Assembly: GCF_009914755.1 (NCBI RefSeq)
Contig: NC_060947.1
Source of the DNA: the human T2T-CHM13v2.0 reference genome, Homo sapiens
DNA: 64,000 nucleotides
Direction: 5' to 3' (one strand)
Of the stretch, positions 50,630 through 62,100 are shown in pieces (positions within the stretch are counted from its first letter, which is position 1; the number at the start of each line of letters is the position of its first letter). The position numbers were made by a program, and so were the translations under genes. The notes beneath the pieces are model-generated. The model made no database searches. It saw nothing but the letters and a program-made list of their open reading frames with translations, and was not told the origin of the DNA.

Positions 50630-53600
50630 CTTTAATTCATTTATTCAGTAAATGTCTACTGAGCACCTACTATGTGACAACTGGTTGCACTACTTGTTGG
50701 ACAACACCCTTTCACTAACATCTTACCTCTTCCAATGCATTCTAGACATGGCTACTAGATCAATATTGTAAAAACACACTTTGATTGTTTCATAAACCAG
50801 GCTCAAAAACATTTGTTGACATACCACTGCCTGCCAATATAATCCCAACACTTTATATTACATTTAGATCTCTGAGTAATATGTTTCTCTCCAACATTAG
50901 CTTGCACATTTTCCTCACTAGAGTGTAAGCTCTTTGGTTGCAGTTAGTTCATTTCAATGAAAATTTTTTTGAATATTTATCATGACCAGTGACTGTGCTA
51001 AGCATGGGGATAACATGGTGAATAAGACAGGAAGAATTCTTGTTATAGTGGAAGAGCCTGACATGAGAAACAAATACTCTCAATATAATGCGGTTAAGGG
51101 CAATAACAAAACCGAGCACAGGATACTCAGGAAGTACAGAGGAAGTGCTCATAATTCAGACCAGTTGTTGAAGGAAGTCTTCTTAAAGGGGTGCAGGCCC
51201 CACACCTTATTCAACTTGATGTTCCCAGTGTCTAGCACAATTCTTGGCACATAGTAACTTGAATAAATACGTAATCCTTACAATATAGTCAATTTGGAAG
51301 ACTCATCTTCCCCAGTCTGCTGTTTTTCTATCCCTCTCCTCTTTGCCTAGAATACCCTATTTTTTTTTTTCACGACTATTTTTGCCTTTCAGAAGTTCAG
51401 TTCAAATGCCACCTGCTCCATGATGGCTTTCCTGATTACTGAAACCAGTAAATAAGCATGAAATCAGATTATCCTCTATGAGAGAAAATAACTGTAATTA
51501 GTTGGAAATGGTTACTGGCCATCCCCAGAAGTAGCTGAAAAGACCATCTTTAGTGTGCCCCTGACTTTCAAATAGAGTTCTCTAGCCTAGACCTCCACCC
51601 TGAGCCCTACATCTGCATATTCAACTGTTAACTTGGCATTTCCATTTGAATGTCACACAAGCAATTGAAACACAACAGGTCCCAAACAGAACTCATTATC
51701 TTTTTCATTCTATTTGTCTGTTTCTGTTCCAATGTTTTCTCTACCATTGCAATCCATCCAGTTGCTCAAGGTAGATCTGTGGGTGTCATCTTTGAATCAC
51801 TCCACACTTGGTATTCGATCAGTCGCCAAGTTTTATTGATTCTACCCCCTAAATATTTCTCTCCATGTTCACTGTTACTGCCCACTATCACTTCTTGCCT
51901 GGAATACTGCAAGAGCTTTCTGTCTGGTCTCCCTGCCTCCAATCTTGTTTACTTCCAAATGCCACTCCAATCTGCAGCCAGAGTGATCAAAAAATGAAAA
52001 ATTGAACAAGTCAGGCCCATCTTCAAAACACTTCAGCAAATTGTAATAGCCTTTAGGGAGAAGTGCAAAATCAGACAATGGCTTACAAGGCTTCTCATAT
52101 TTAGACTCATCTCTCCCCCTTCTCTCTACCACTCTCCTCATTACTCATGTATTAGACTTCTTTCAGTTCACACTGAACAATTTCTCACATCATAGCCTTC
52201 AACCATGCTGTTTCCTCTGCCTGGGACACTCTTTTCTTGAATTTTTATGCGGCTGATTCTTATTTCTCCTCTAGATCTCACTGCTTCAGGGAGGCTTTCC
52301 TAATAAATTAAAGATAGCCATGGTCTTAATCTGTTGGGGCTTATAACAAAGTACCACAGACTAGGCAGCTTATAAAGAACAGAAATGTATTTCTAACAGT
52401 TCTGGAAGCTGGGAAGTCCAAGATCAAGGTGCTGGTAGATTTGGTGTCTAGTGAAGGTTCATTCCTCATAGACAGCACATTCTTGCTGTGTCATGATGGA
52501 ACAGGACATGATGGAAGGGGCAAGGCAGCTCTTTGGGATCTCCTTTAAAAGGACACTAATCCCATCAATGAGGGCTCCACATCCCTGGAAGACCCCCCAG
52601 TCCTAACCGTATCACCTGTGGTTAGGATTTCAATAAATGAATTTTGGGGCTTGGGGACACAAACATTCGGACCATAGCAGTAGTTAATAAGATAATCCAT
52701 CTCATTCTCCTGATTCTGGCTCCAAACTTACCTAGGAACCTCTTTGTAACAATAACAGGCTTGCCTGATTATATTTTTCTTTATCAGAGAGACTATGACA
52801 TTATTTACATCTTATAACAAAAAAGAAAATTTTAAACCCCGATATTCTGATTTATGCATCATTCTGGGTAAGCTGATTTAGAAAAAACACCTTCACCTTG
52901 TCTCTCCCTAACTGTATAAATCACAACTGGAAATGATGTTCCCTCCCTCACCACTTTTATGTCATTTAGCTCATACTATGCCTGCCCTTCTTCCATACCT
53001 CAAAACATTGCATACATCTCATCTCCTCTATTAACAAGCAGATACATGAGCCTTCTACATTTCTGTGTAAATAGAATGTGTAGGTGCTCGATGAGTATTT
53101 GTTAACTGTAGTAAAACACATGAAATAATGAAATGACAGATCTAACCATGTTGATTCTATTTCCTACCTCTCTATCGCATGTGTTCTTCCTTTTCTAACA
53201 CTATTGCCACTGCTGCCAGACTTTGATGATTCTCTCTGGATTACTGCAACAGCATCTTACTGGTACACAGTCCCTCTAATGCTACATTTTCCTCCTCAAG
53301 GTCAGTGTCCTTAAAACACTTCAACAAGTTTCTATTTACCTCAGCATAACAAACACATTCATTAAAATGCTTCCAAGGACCTTGATGATCTGGCCCCTGC
53401 TGACCTCTCAAGTCCTTGTCTCTCTCCCCTGCCCCTGTTCCTATCCTTCAGTCACACTGGGTCTACTTGCTGTCTCTTCTGTGCTCTGGTCTTTAATAAC
53501 CCACATTATTGCACATTCCACTGGATCCACCTGGAACAACCCTGCACCCCCCCGCCCCTACATAATTTCCAAACATACTTTAAGACACAGTTCTAGAGAC

Positions 53601-54360
53601 AATTCTGGAAAGCCTTCCTTGACCCTGCCTCACGTCACCCAGGCTGCCTTCTCGTCTCACTTTCTTAGCATCTGCTGCTAACTTCTATCACAGAACTTAC
53701 CATATTCGTCCATCTTTCTGTTCACGTCCTCACTCCTTCTAACAGACAAAACTAAACCATGAACTCTTAAATGGTAGGGACCACATCTGTCCTGCTTACA
53801 ATTGCGTCTCCAGGACATAGTATAATGCCCAGTATATACCAGGTGCTCAAGACACATTTGATGAATGAATGCTTTAGGGTGCTAGTGCTCTAGGCAAGGG
53901 ATGGGCAGTTCCCAGAATATTGGAATAGAACATATCCAAATGTGAGGTCCTTGGACAATAAATAAGCAACCAAACTAGGCACCATCTAATAAGTCAAAAA
54001 CTTTTATTACTTGCCCTCCCAACACAGTGGAGTCAGGAGACAGGAAAAAGACCACACATTTTATGTTCCTAGTGGTAAAAAATAAAAATAAAAATAGCCA
54101 CAGCAGCAATAACAATCATTTATTAACTGCTTACTTTGGGCTCAGGCACTATAGTACATACCCTATGTAGATTATCTCATTTAAAATTCACAGTGATTCT
54201 ATGAGGTAGGTACTATTAATTTTTTGCAGATGAGAACTTTAATGCTCAGGGTGGTTCGATATGTTTCCCATGGACCGCACAACTAGTAAATGGTAGAGCT
54301 TTGGTTCAATACCATTTCTGTCTGGCTTAAAACCCCAGGCACTTAACTGCTGCCCTGTAT
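50630..54360. mobile_element. L2 and MIR fragments, with an MLT1A-like LTR at about 52325-52680
   Basis: L2 motifs (ttattcagtaaatgtctactgagcacctactatgtg; ccaaacagaactc) and a MIR at about 54110-54360. Confidence 0.65.
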
Positions 54361-56399
54361 TGTCCAGAAAAGAGTTAAACTTTAAAACACAAAAACAGAA
54401 AGACGGTCATGCACAAACACAACACTGCTGAGGATGCCTGTAAGGAAAATCCAGAGCATAAGTTCCTCAACTTGTCTCCTTCCTGCCACTTCCTTTAAAT
54501 CTGAATGAAAGAAGCCTCTAAGGAGATAAACTGGAGAGGTCAATGTACCATTGCTTTTCTAACATTTGAGACTCTGAAAATTTACTGGACAGTTTCCATT
54601 TAGGTTGTTTTTTCTATTTTTTGCTAACATCAGCTGCAGGCTTTTGTAGCAATATGGAGGGGGAACACTGGCCACAGGGATGGAGGAACTTGCCTGAGTC
54701 CTCCTGGGGACTGAGCCCCAGATGTGGATGAGAGGAGCAGGGGTAGCAAGAGAAACTTAGAGTATTAAGCTGTTCTTTCAAAGTGAGTGCTCTCCTACCT
54801 GCACCTTAAATAAGCCTTGGCCTGGCAGGGACACTGCAGTCAAATCTCAATCTCTCTCTCTCTTTCAATCCCCCCTCCCCGAATTTTCTTAAGAAGATTC
54901 TCAGCATGGACCATCTCTTCAGCGATACTGTTGAGTGTGAGGGTGGGCACATATTTTAATTCTTCTTACCCATGCCTCGTCCTTCATATTCAACTCCTAT
55001 CTTCCTTGACTGTTTTAATTTTCCACTTTCCTTTATAATTTCTCACTTTCACATGCCAGTAATATACCAGAGATTAGGTATTTATGCTGTCACTTGGGCT
55101 ACAGGATTTATTGTAGTAGAATGCATTTGGATGTAGGGGAGATTGTGAAACAATTGTAGTCACCCAGGAGAAAGGTGACCAGAATTCTAAACAAAGATTT
55201 GATTCTGAAAAAGGAGACTGAGAAAGTGCAGCAAAGGCCTTTTTTGGAAATCTTGTTTCCATATTCTATGTTGCTTATGTTTCATATGCTATCACAATCA
55301 CAATTTAAAAACATGCAAAAAAAAATTAAGATGCTCTTAATTGAGAATAGTTGCTATTCAGACTATTGACAGAGAAATATAGATGCATGTGAAATCCTGC
55401 TGCAACAGATGATATTAACCATCTTATGTTAGATACTGGCAGAAGTGAGTCTAGTTTGATAGGGGCCCTCAGCTGTGGATTAGCCATCTTTGTGTTTGTC
55501 TCTCTAAAGAGATGGTATTTTAATAGTATTTGTTATAATAAGAATTGTCCTGAAGCAATCAAAATGTATCTAGTGTTCCTGGGATTGTGCTTTATGGTCT
55601 ATGCCTTCATTATGATCGTTCATTTATTAATGTGCTAAAAGGGGAATACTTTGCCATTAACAGAAGAAAATGGCAAAAAAGGGTTGTGACATTGGGCAAG
55701 CAGGCCTTTAATGGAGATGGGAAAGCATCAAATATCCTCCTTTCATTTGTCAGAGATAAATTCATTTTCAAATATATACCACTTCACTCTATTCAAAGGT
55801 ACTGAAATAGGGCATTTCTTACAGGCCATTTTGAACACTAATTGCATTTAAATATTGGGGACGAAATCATTTAACCTGAACTGTATTTGTAGACAATTTT
55901 AAAACACATTTCCTCTCAAGAAAAAATGTAAAAAGAAAAATATGTCTAACGAATTTTTAAATGTATTAGGGATGAATACTGAAAGCAGGAATCATAACCA
56001 GAAAGAGAAATCTAAAAAGATGGAAAGAAGATAGAATTAAATCTCAAATAGCTGAATTATTGGGCTTAGAAGTTGCTATTTCAGAAAGATCCATTCAGCA
56101 CAAAATGCTAATAATTACAGTATATGTCTGCCTGCTCATGGTTCTGTGGCTACCTGTGACCAGTCATCATTCATATACAGACAGAAGTCAGATTCTACTT
56201 TGCTCTCTTGGCTGTCTTAAGCAAATTACTGGCAAAGTATGAATGCAGAGACTACAAATGACTGGAAGAAGAGGTGAGTGGGGAATGATAACAAGTCAGA
56301 TGAGGATAAGATAATCATAAGAAAAGAGAAGAGAAAACATGGCAACATTTTCCACTCTTAAAAATGTCTCCACCAACCTGGACTTTATTCCTAGGTTTA

Positions 56400-56920
56400 A
56401 ATTAATAGATACAATGAATATATATCAAAAAGGCTTTAAAATGTACATGACCTTTGATCCAGAAATTCTACTTTAGGAATACCTCAGGTAAATTAATAAA
56501 GATGTGGTCCAAAACAGAGTTGTAATGAAGTTCGTTGCAGCATGATTTGTTATAGCAAAACATTGGAAACAACTTAAAAGTATATACAAAAGGATTTATT
56601 AAATTATGGCATGTCTATAAGATGGAATATTTTGCTGCCACTAAAATTATGATTTCTATTTTTATTGGCATAGAATATGATCATTATTGTTGAGAAAAAG
56701 GATTATAAAACGACCCACAGTATGATCCCTTAAAAGTATACATAGAAAGATGCCTGAAGAACATACAGCATTACCAGTAATTGCCTCTAAATGGTTTTTA
56801 TTATGGGTGCTTTTTATCTTTTTTTTTTCTCCTTTTCCTTTTTCTTGTTTTCATTCTTTTTTCTTGTTTCTATGCTAAGATATTTCTGCCATGAATATAC
56901 ATTGGTTTTATTAACATAAA
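56400..56920 (+). mobile_element. Old L1ME-like fragment; site into which the provirus integrated
   Basis: cctttgatccagaaattctacttttagga-type and ggaaacaacttaaa motifs. Confidence 0.6.
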
Positions 56921-56922
56921 AT

Positions 56923-57298
56923 TGTTAGGCAGGTCACCCAAGATGGCCGTTCCTCCAGGACCCAAGATGGCAGCACCAACCCCTTCTCCCCCCACCCCCG
57001 CCCCCCGCCCGCTTGGAATCTCCCACCAGATTTTCCTGCCGGACGGGCACTTTCAGATGACTGCAGCCCCGAGAAGTCGAAACCTATCCCAGAAAACCGA
57101 AACTTACTAAGCCCCTCCCCGCGTGCTCTATAAAAACCCTCTACTGCCCCAGTCGGGCGCGACTTCCCTGGCCCTCCTTGTTAGGACCAGTGAACCTCGC
57201 CCGAGAGCTCCATTAATAAAGCAGGTCGCCTCTGACCATTAGTCACCTAAATTCTGTGCGGTAGTTCTCATTGGATACCTGTCTTCCCAAGCCGGACA
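56923..57298 (+). promoter_or_regulatory. 5' LTR (376 bp)
   Basis: TG...CA ends; GC boxes at 56991-57012; TATAAAA at 57129-57135; AATAAA at 57215-57220; PBS follows after 1 nt. Confidence 0.88.
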
Positions 57299-57299
57299 T

Positions 57300-57317
57300 T
57301 GGTGCCAAAACCCGGGA
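57300..57317 (+). promoter_or_regulatory. Primer binding site, tRNA-Phe
   Basis: TGGTGCCAAAACCCGGGA matches 17/18 of the complement of the tRNA-Phe 3' end (TGGTGCCGAAACCCGGGA). Confidence 0.92.
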
Positions 57318-57408
57318 GGAGACCCCTCTCTGACCCAGGGTCGGGGAGCATCTCCTCTCCCTACCTGCCAGGAACCAGACTCGGGCCAGCGCATTCGGCC
57401 TTTGCTAT

Positions 57409-57417
57409 TGGGTAAGT
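57409..57417 (+). promoter_or_regulatory. Major splice donor
   Basis: TGG|GTAAGT in the leader between PBS and gag. Confidence 0.75.
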
Positions 57418-57607
57418 CTCCCCTCCGTCCTGTAGGCCCCGGGAACCTCTGTCTGTAATCGCGGCCACTCAGAGTCTTCCCCCCATCGGTTTCCGACTAC
57501 GGGACCGAGGACGCGGAGACGTCCGTCCTCCTCGGCCTCCGCCATCCGCGCTTCAAGGAAGGTTGGGGGATGCCCCTCCCTGACCTTGAATCGCCCGCCT
57601 CAGGACA

Positions 57608-59020
57608 ATGGGAGGTGCCCAATCCAAAATTGATCCTAAGACACCCCTGGGGTGTCTCCTAGCCAACTTTGAAGCTCTAGGCCTCAGTATGGACCTTAAG
57701 CGGAAGCGACTCATTTTCTTTTGCTTGGTCGCTTGGCCGCAATACAAATTGGACAACCAATCTCGGTGGCCGCCGGAAGGAACTTTCGATTTCCAAATTT
57801 TACAGGACCTAGACAACCTTTGCAGAAGACAAGGCAAATGGTCAGAGGTCCCTTATGTACAAGCCTTTTGGGACCTACGCTCTCGTCCTGACCTATGTGC
57901 CAAGTGTTCCCTTGGACAGGTGTTACTGGCTAAGGCATCCCCCTCTAACAAAGAACCTGATTCCTCCCCTCTCTCCGAGCCTCCTGAAGCCCTCGCTTTA
58001 CCACCATTGCCAGCGGCGCTCCCTCCTCCCTATCCAGGATCCTCTGGCCCCACCCCAACGGCTCCTCCGCTACCTCCTACACCACCTTCCTCTCCCGCTA
58101 ACCCTCCCGCTTCTGCTCTGCCACCGCCTTCCCCTGTATCTGCGCACACTCGGTCGAAGACGGACCTCTTGTGTCTGCTCCGTGAAGTTGCCGGTGCGGA
58201 AGGCGTGGTCAGGGTCCATGTTCCCTTTTCTCTTACTGACTTATCTAAAATAGAGAAGCGGCCTGGGTCCTTCTCTGCCAACCCAACCCTGTATATCAAA
58301 CAATTTAGGTACCTATGCCAGGCTTATGACCTCACCTGGCGTGACCTACATATTATCCTAACATCCACTCTGTCCCCAGAGGAGAGGGAGCGAGTCCAGG
58401 CGGTGGCTAGGCAACATGCCGACCAAATTCATTTAACTGACCCCGCCATGCCTGTCGGAACCCTAGCAGTACCGGCAGCCGAGCCGGACTGGGATTACCA
58501 AGCTGGTCAGACTGGCCGTCGACGCCGTGACCAAATGGTTCAGTGCCTTCTGGCAAGCATGCAGGCGGCTTCCAATAAGACGGTCAACTTTGACAAATTA
58601 CGGGACATTATTCAAGGGTCTGACGAGAACCCAGCAGTTTCCCTTAACTGCCTTACTGAGGCCCTCATCCAGTATACCCGCCTTGATCCCACCTCCCCGG
58701 CAGGGGCCACTGTCTTGGCTACTCATGTCATTTCCCAATCAGCGGGAGATATTCGGAAAAAACTAAAAAAGGCGGAGGAAGGCCCTCAAACCCCAATACA
58801 GGACCTAGTTAAAATGGCCTTCAGGGTCTATAATTCCAGGGAGGAGACGGCTGAGGCCCAAAGACAGGCAAGGCTAAAGCAGAAGGTACAGTTCCAGACC
58901 CAGGCCTTGGTAGCTGCCCCGCGGCTGGCCGGCTCCGGGAGCCAACCGAAAGGGGGTTCCGGCCACCGAGCGCCACCTGGTGCCTGCTTCAAGTGTGGGA
59001 ACGAAGGCCACTGGGCCTGA
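57608..59020 (+). CDS. gag: Gag (MA, Pro-rich region, CA, partial NC), 470 aa; premature TGA, ancestral end at 59188
   Basis: MGGAQSK myristoylation signal, WPPEGTF, PPPY, PTAP, MHR-like QGSDENP, CFKCGNEGH; a second CCHC knuckle lies in frame beyond the stop. Confidence 0.92.
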   Translation: MGGAQSKIDPKTPLGCLLANFEALGLSMDLKRKRLIFFCLVAWPQYKLDNQSRWPPEGTFDFQILQDLDNLCRRQGKWSEVPYVQAFWDLRSRPDLCAKCSLGQVLLAKASPSNKEPDSSPLSEPPEALALPPLPAALPPPYPGSSGPTPTAPPLPPTPPSSPANPPASALPPPSPVSAHTRSKTDLLCLLREVAGAEGVVRVHVPFSLTDLSKIEKRPGSFSANPTLYIKQFRYLCQAYDLTWRDLHIILTSTLSPEERERVQAVARQHADQIHLTDPAMPVGTLAVPAAEPDWDYQAGQTGRRRRDQMVQCLLASMQAASNKTVNFDKLRDIIQGSDENPAVSLNCLTEALIQYTRLDPTSPAGATVLATHVISQSAGDIRKKLKKAEEGPQTPIQDLVKMAFRVYNSREETAEAQRQARLKQKVQFQTQALVAAPRLAGSGSQPKGGSGHRAPPGACFKCGNEGHWA

Positions 59021-59188
59021 CAATGCCCGTACCCTAAGGAACCGACCCGACCATGCCCTAACTGCCACCAGATGGGACATTGGAAGTCTGAGTGCCCCAG
59101 CGTCGGAGCGTCCACAGTGCCTCTACGCTGTGAAAACTCCGAGACGACCGGTGGCGCCTTCCAATTACTCAGCATGGACGACGACTGA

Positions 59189-62100
59189 AGAGGCCCAGAC
59201 TCGGGAACCCCCCTCACTCTTGCCGAGCCCAGGGTAACGCTCCAGGTAGCAGGTAAGTCCATATCTTTTCTCGTGCATATGGAGGCTACCTATTCTGTTT
59301 TGCCTTCCTTCGGTGTGTCCAGTTTCCCGTCCCCGGTCACGGTAGTGGGGATTGACGGTACCCCTTCCACCCATCGTCAGACCCCCCCCCCCCATTGTCT
59401 TGCCGGCTGGACGACACTCTCATCTCCCATTCCTTCCTCATTATCCCTTCCTGTCCCGTCCTGCTCTTCGGAAGGGACTTGCTGTCTAAGTTAGGGGCCT
59501 CCATTCGGTTGCACCCCAGCCTCCCCTCCAGTGCAATCTCTTTGCTTCCTCTGCTGGCACTTAGCGATGACACCCCTTCGCCGATCCCATCGCTCCCTGT
59601 GCCCGTTGATCCAATAGTATGGGACATCTCAACCCCCTCCATCGCCCGACACCATGCCCCAATAATGATCAAACTCAAGGACCCTACCAAATTTCCCTCG
59701 CGGCCACAATTCCCCATCTCAGTTGAACACCGCCAAGGGTTAAAACCTATCATCACCAGGCTCTTGCAACAACACATCCTTATCCCGGTAAACTCCCGTT
59801 GCAACACGCCCATTCTGCCCATCCGTAAGGCCTCTGGTGCGTACCGTTTAGTGCAAGATCTTCGCATCATCAACGAGGCTGTCGTCCCCATTTTTCCTGT
59901 AGTGCCTAACCCATACACTCTCCTATCCCGCATTCCTCCGACCACCACCCATTTCACGGTCCTTGACCTCAAAGATGATTTCTTCACTATCCCCCTCCAC
60001 CCTGACTGTTACTTCCTGTTCGCTTTCACCTGGGAAGACCCTGACACCCATGTCTCCTCGCAATTTGCCTGGACCGTTCTCCCGCAAGGCTTCCGAGACA
60101 GCCCTCACCTCTTTGGACAGGCTCTAGCTAAAGACCTCAGTACATGCACTTTGGCCGACAGCACCCTTCTCCTGTATGTTGATGACCTTCTCCTTTGCAG
60201 TCCTTCCCTGTCTGTCTCGCAGCAAGATACAGCCACAATCCTTAATTTCTTAGGAAAACAAGGGTATCGAGTTACCCCTCACAAAGTTCAGCTCTGCACC
60301 CCGACAGTCACATACCTAGGCATTTCTCTCACCGCCACCACCAAAAGCCTCACCACAGACCGAGTTAGCCTCATTAAAGACCTCCAACTTCCCCAGGACG
60401 CAGATAAGATCCTCTCCTTCGTAGGGCTAGTAGGGTTCTTCCGGCACTGGATCCCAAACTTCGGGGTCTTAGCTAAGCCCCTGTACCAGGCGGCGAAAGA
60501 AACACCCACCAGCCCTCTGTCTGATCCCGCCCTAGTGGCCCGCCATTTCCGCCGGCTGCAGCAGTGCTTACTCACAGCTCCAGTTGTATCCCTGCCGAAC
60601 CCCCTGCGGCCTTTTCATCTCTACACAGATGAACTGCAGGGAGTTGCTACTGGCCTACTAGGGCAACCGGTAGGACCCACCTATCAGGTGGTGGCTTACC
60701 TTTCCAGGCAGCTTGATCCCAGCACTCGGGGCTGGCACCCCTGCCTGCGGGCCTTAGCAGCGGCGGCAGAGCTTACCAAAGAGGCCCTCAAACTTACTCT
60801 CAATCACCCACTCACAGTATACTCCCCGCACCGCTTGACAGATGTACTCTCTCACAAATGTCTGGCCCATCTGGCGCCCTCCAGAATACAGCTGTTTCAT
60901 GTGCTCTTTGTCGAAAACCCAGATATCACCCTGACCGCCTCACCACCTCTTAACCCTGCTACACTTCTTCCCATAGAAGCCTCTGAGCCCCCTCCTGTCC
61001 TGTCGCATTCTTGTCCCGAACTCCTTACCTCTAACCCCAACTCCCGACTTGGCCTCTTCGATCGACCGCTTTCTAATCCTGACAGCACTCTGTTTGTCGA
61101 TGGCAGCTCAGTCCTCACCCCTTGCGGTAGGCGACAGGCAGCTTACGCCGTAGTCACCCACGACAAAACAGTGGAGGCGGCAGCCCTACCCCTTGGGACC
61201 ACTTCGCAGAAGGCTGAACTCCTTGCTCTTACCAGGGCTCTACTCCTCTCTCAGGGACAGCGGGTCAACATTTACACTGACTCCAAGTATGCGCATTCTC
61301 ATTGCACACACGCATTCTGTTCTCTGGCAGGAGCGAGGTTTCCTTACTATGAAAGGGACTTCAATCGTCAACGGGCCTCTTATCCATAAACCCTTAAATG
61401 CCTTACAGGCGCCCCGAGAGGTGGCGATCATACACTGCAAAAGTCACCAGCACTCAAAAGACCCTGTTGCTCAAGGAAATAATCTAGCCGACTCTACTGC
61501 TAAGTCTCTTGCTCTTACTTCTGCCCCTGCCCCAGCTCCCGCAATGTTCCTGTCCGGTTCACGCACCCCTGCCTATTCTCCACAGGAGACCTTCCACCTC
61601 ATTTCCAACTTAAAAGGAATGACCGACCAAGACGGTTGAATCTGGGTCGATAACCGGATTGCCCTCCCCGAATCCCAGGCTCAGGCTATTATTACCGATG
61701 TGCACAAGACCCTACTCATAGGCCCAAAACTCTTACATCAGTTCTTAGAACCAATTTTTCTATGCCCCGGCCTACAGTCCCTCATTCACCAGGTACACCA
61801 AACCTGTGCTGTCTGTTCAACAGTCAACACACAAGGAGGACTTAGGCGCCCAGGGCCCCATCACCAGCTCCGCGGGCATCAGCCAGGAGAGGACTGGCAG
61901 CTAGATTTCACCCACATGCCGCGGCACAAGCATTACCGCTACCTTCTTACTCTTGTAGATACCTTCACAGGCTGGATTGAGGCCTTTCCCACTGCACGTG
62001 AGACAGGAGAAGTCGCAGTCTCTGTCCTGCTAGAACATATCATCCCTCGCTTTGGACTTCCCCGATCCCTGCAATCAGACAACGGCCCCGCGTTCGTCTC

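Noticed and set aside
57412-57607. Glyco-Gag-type upstream in-frame extension
   Set aside because: In-frame TGAs at 57581 and 57587 close the gag frame upstream of the ATG.
58828-60575. Antisense ORFs in the provirus (144, 216, 95 aa) as HBZ/ASP-like genes
   Set aside because: Expected shadows of GC-rich coding sequence; no motif or promoter evidence in the window.
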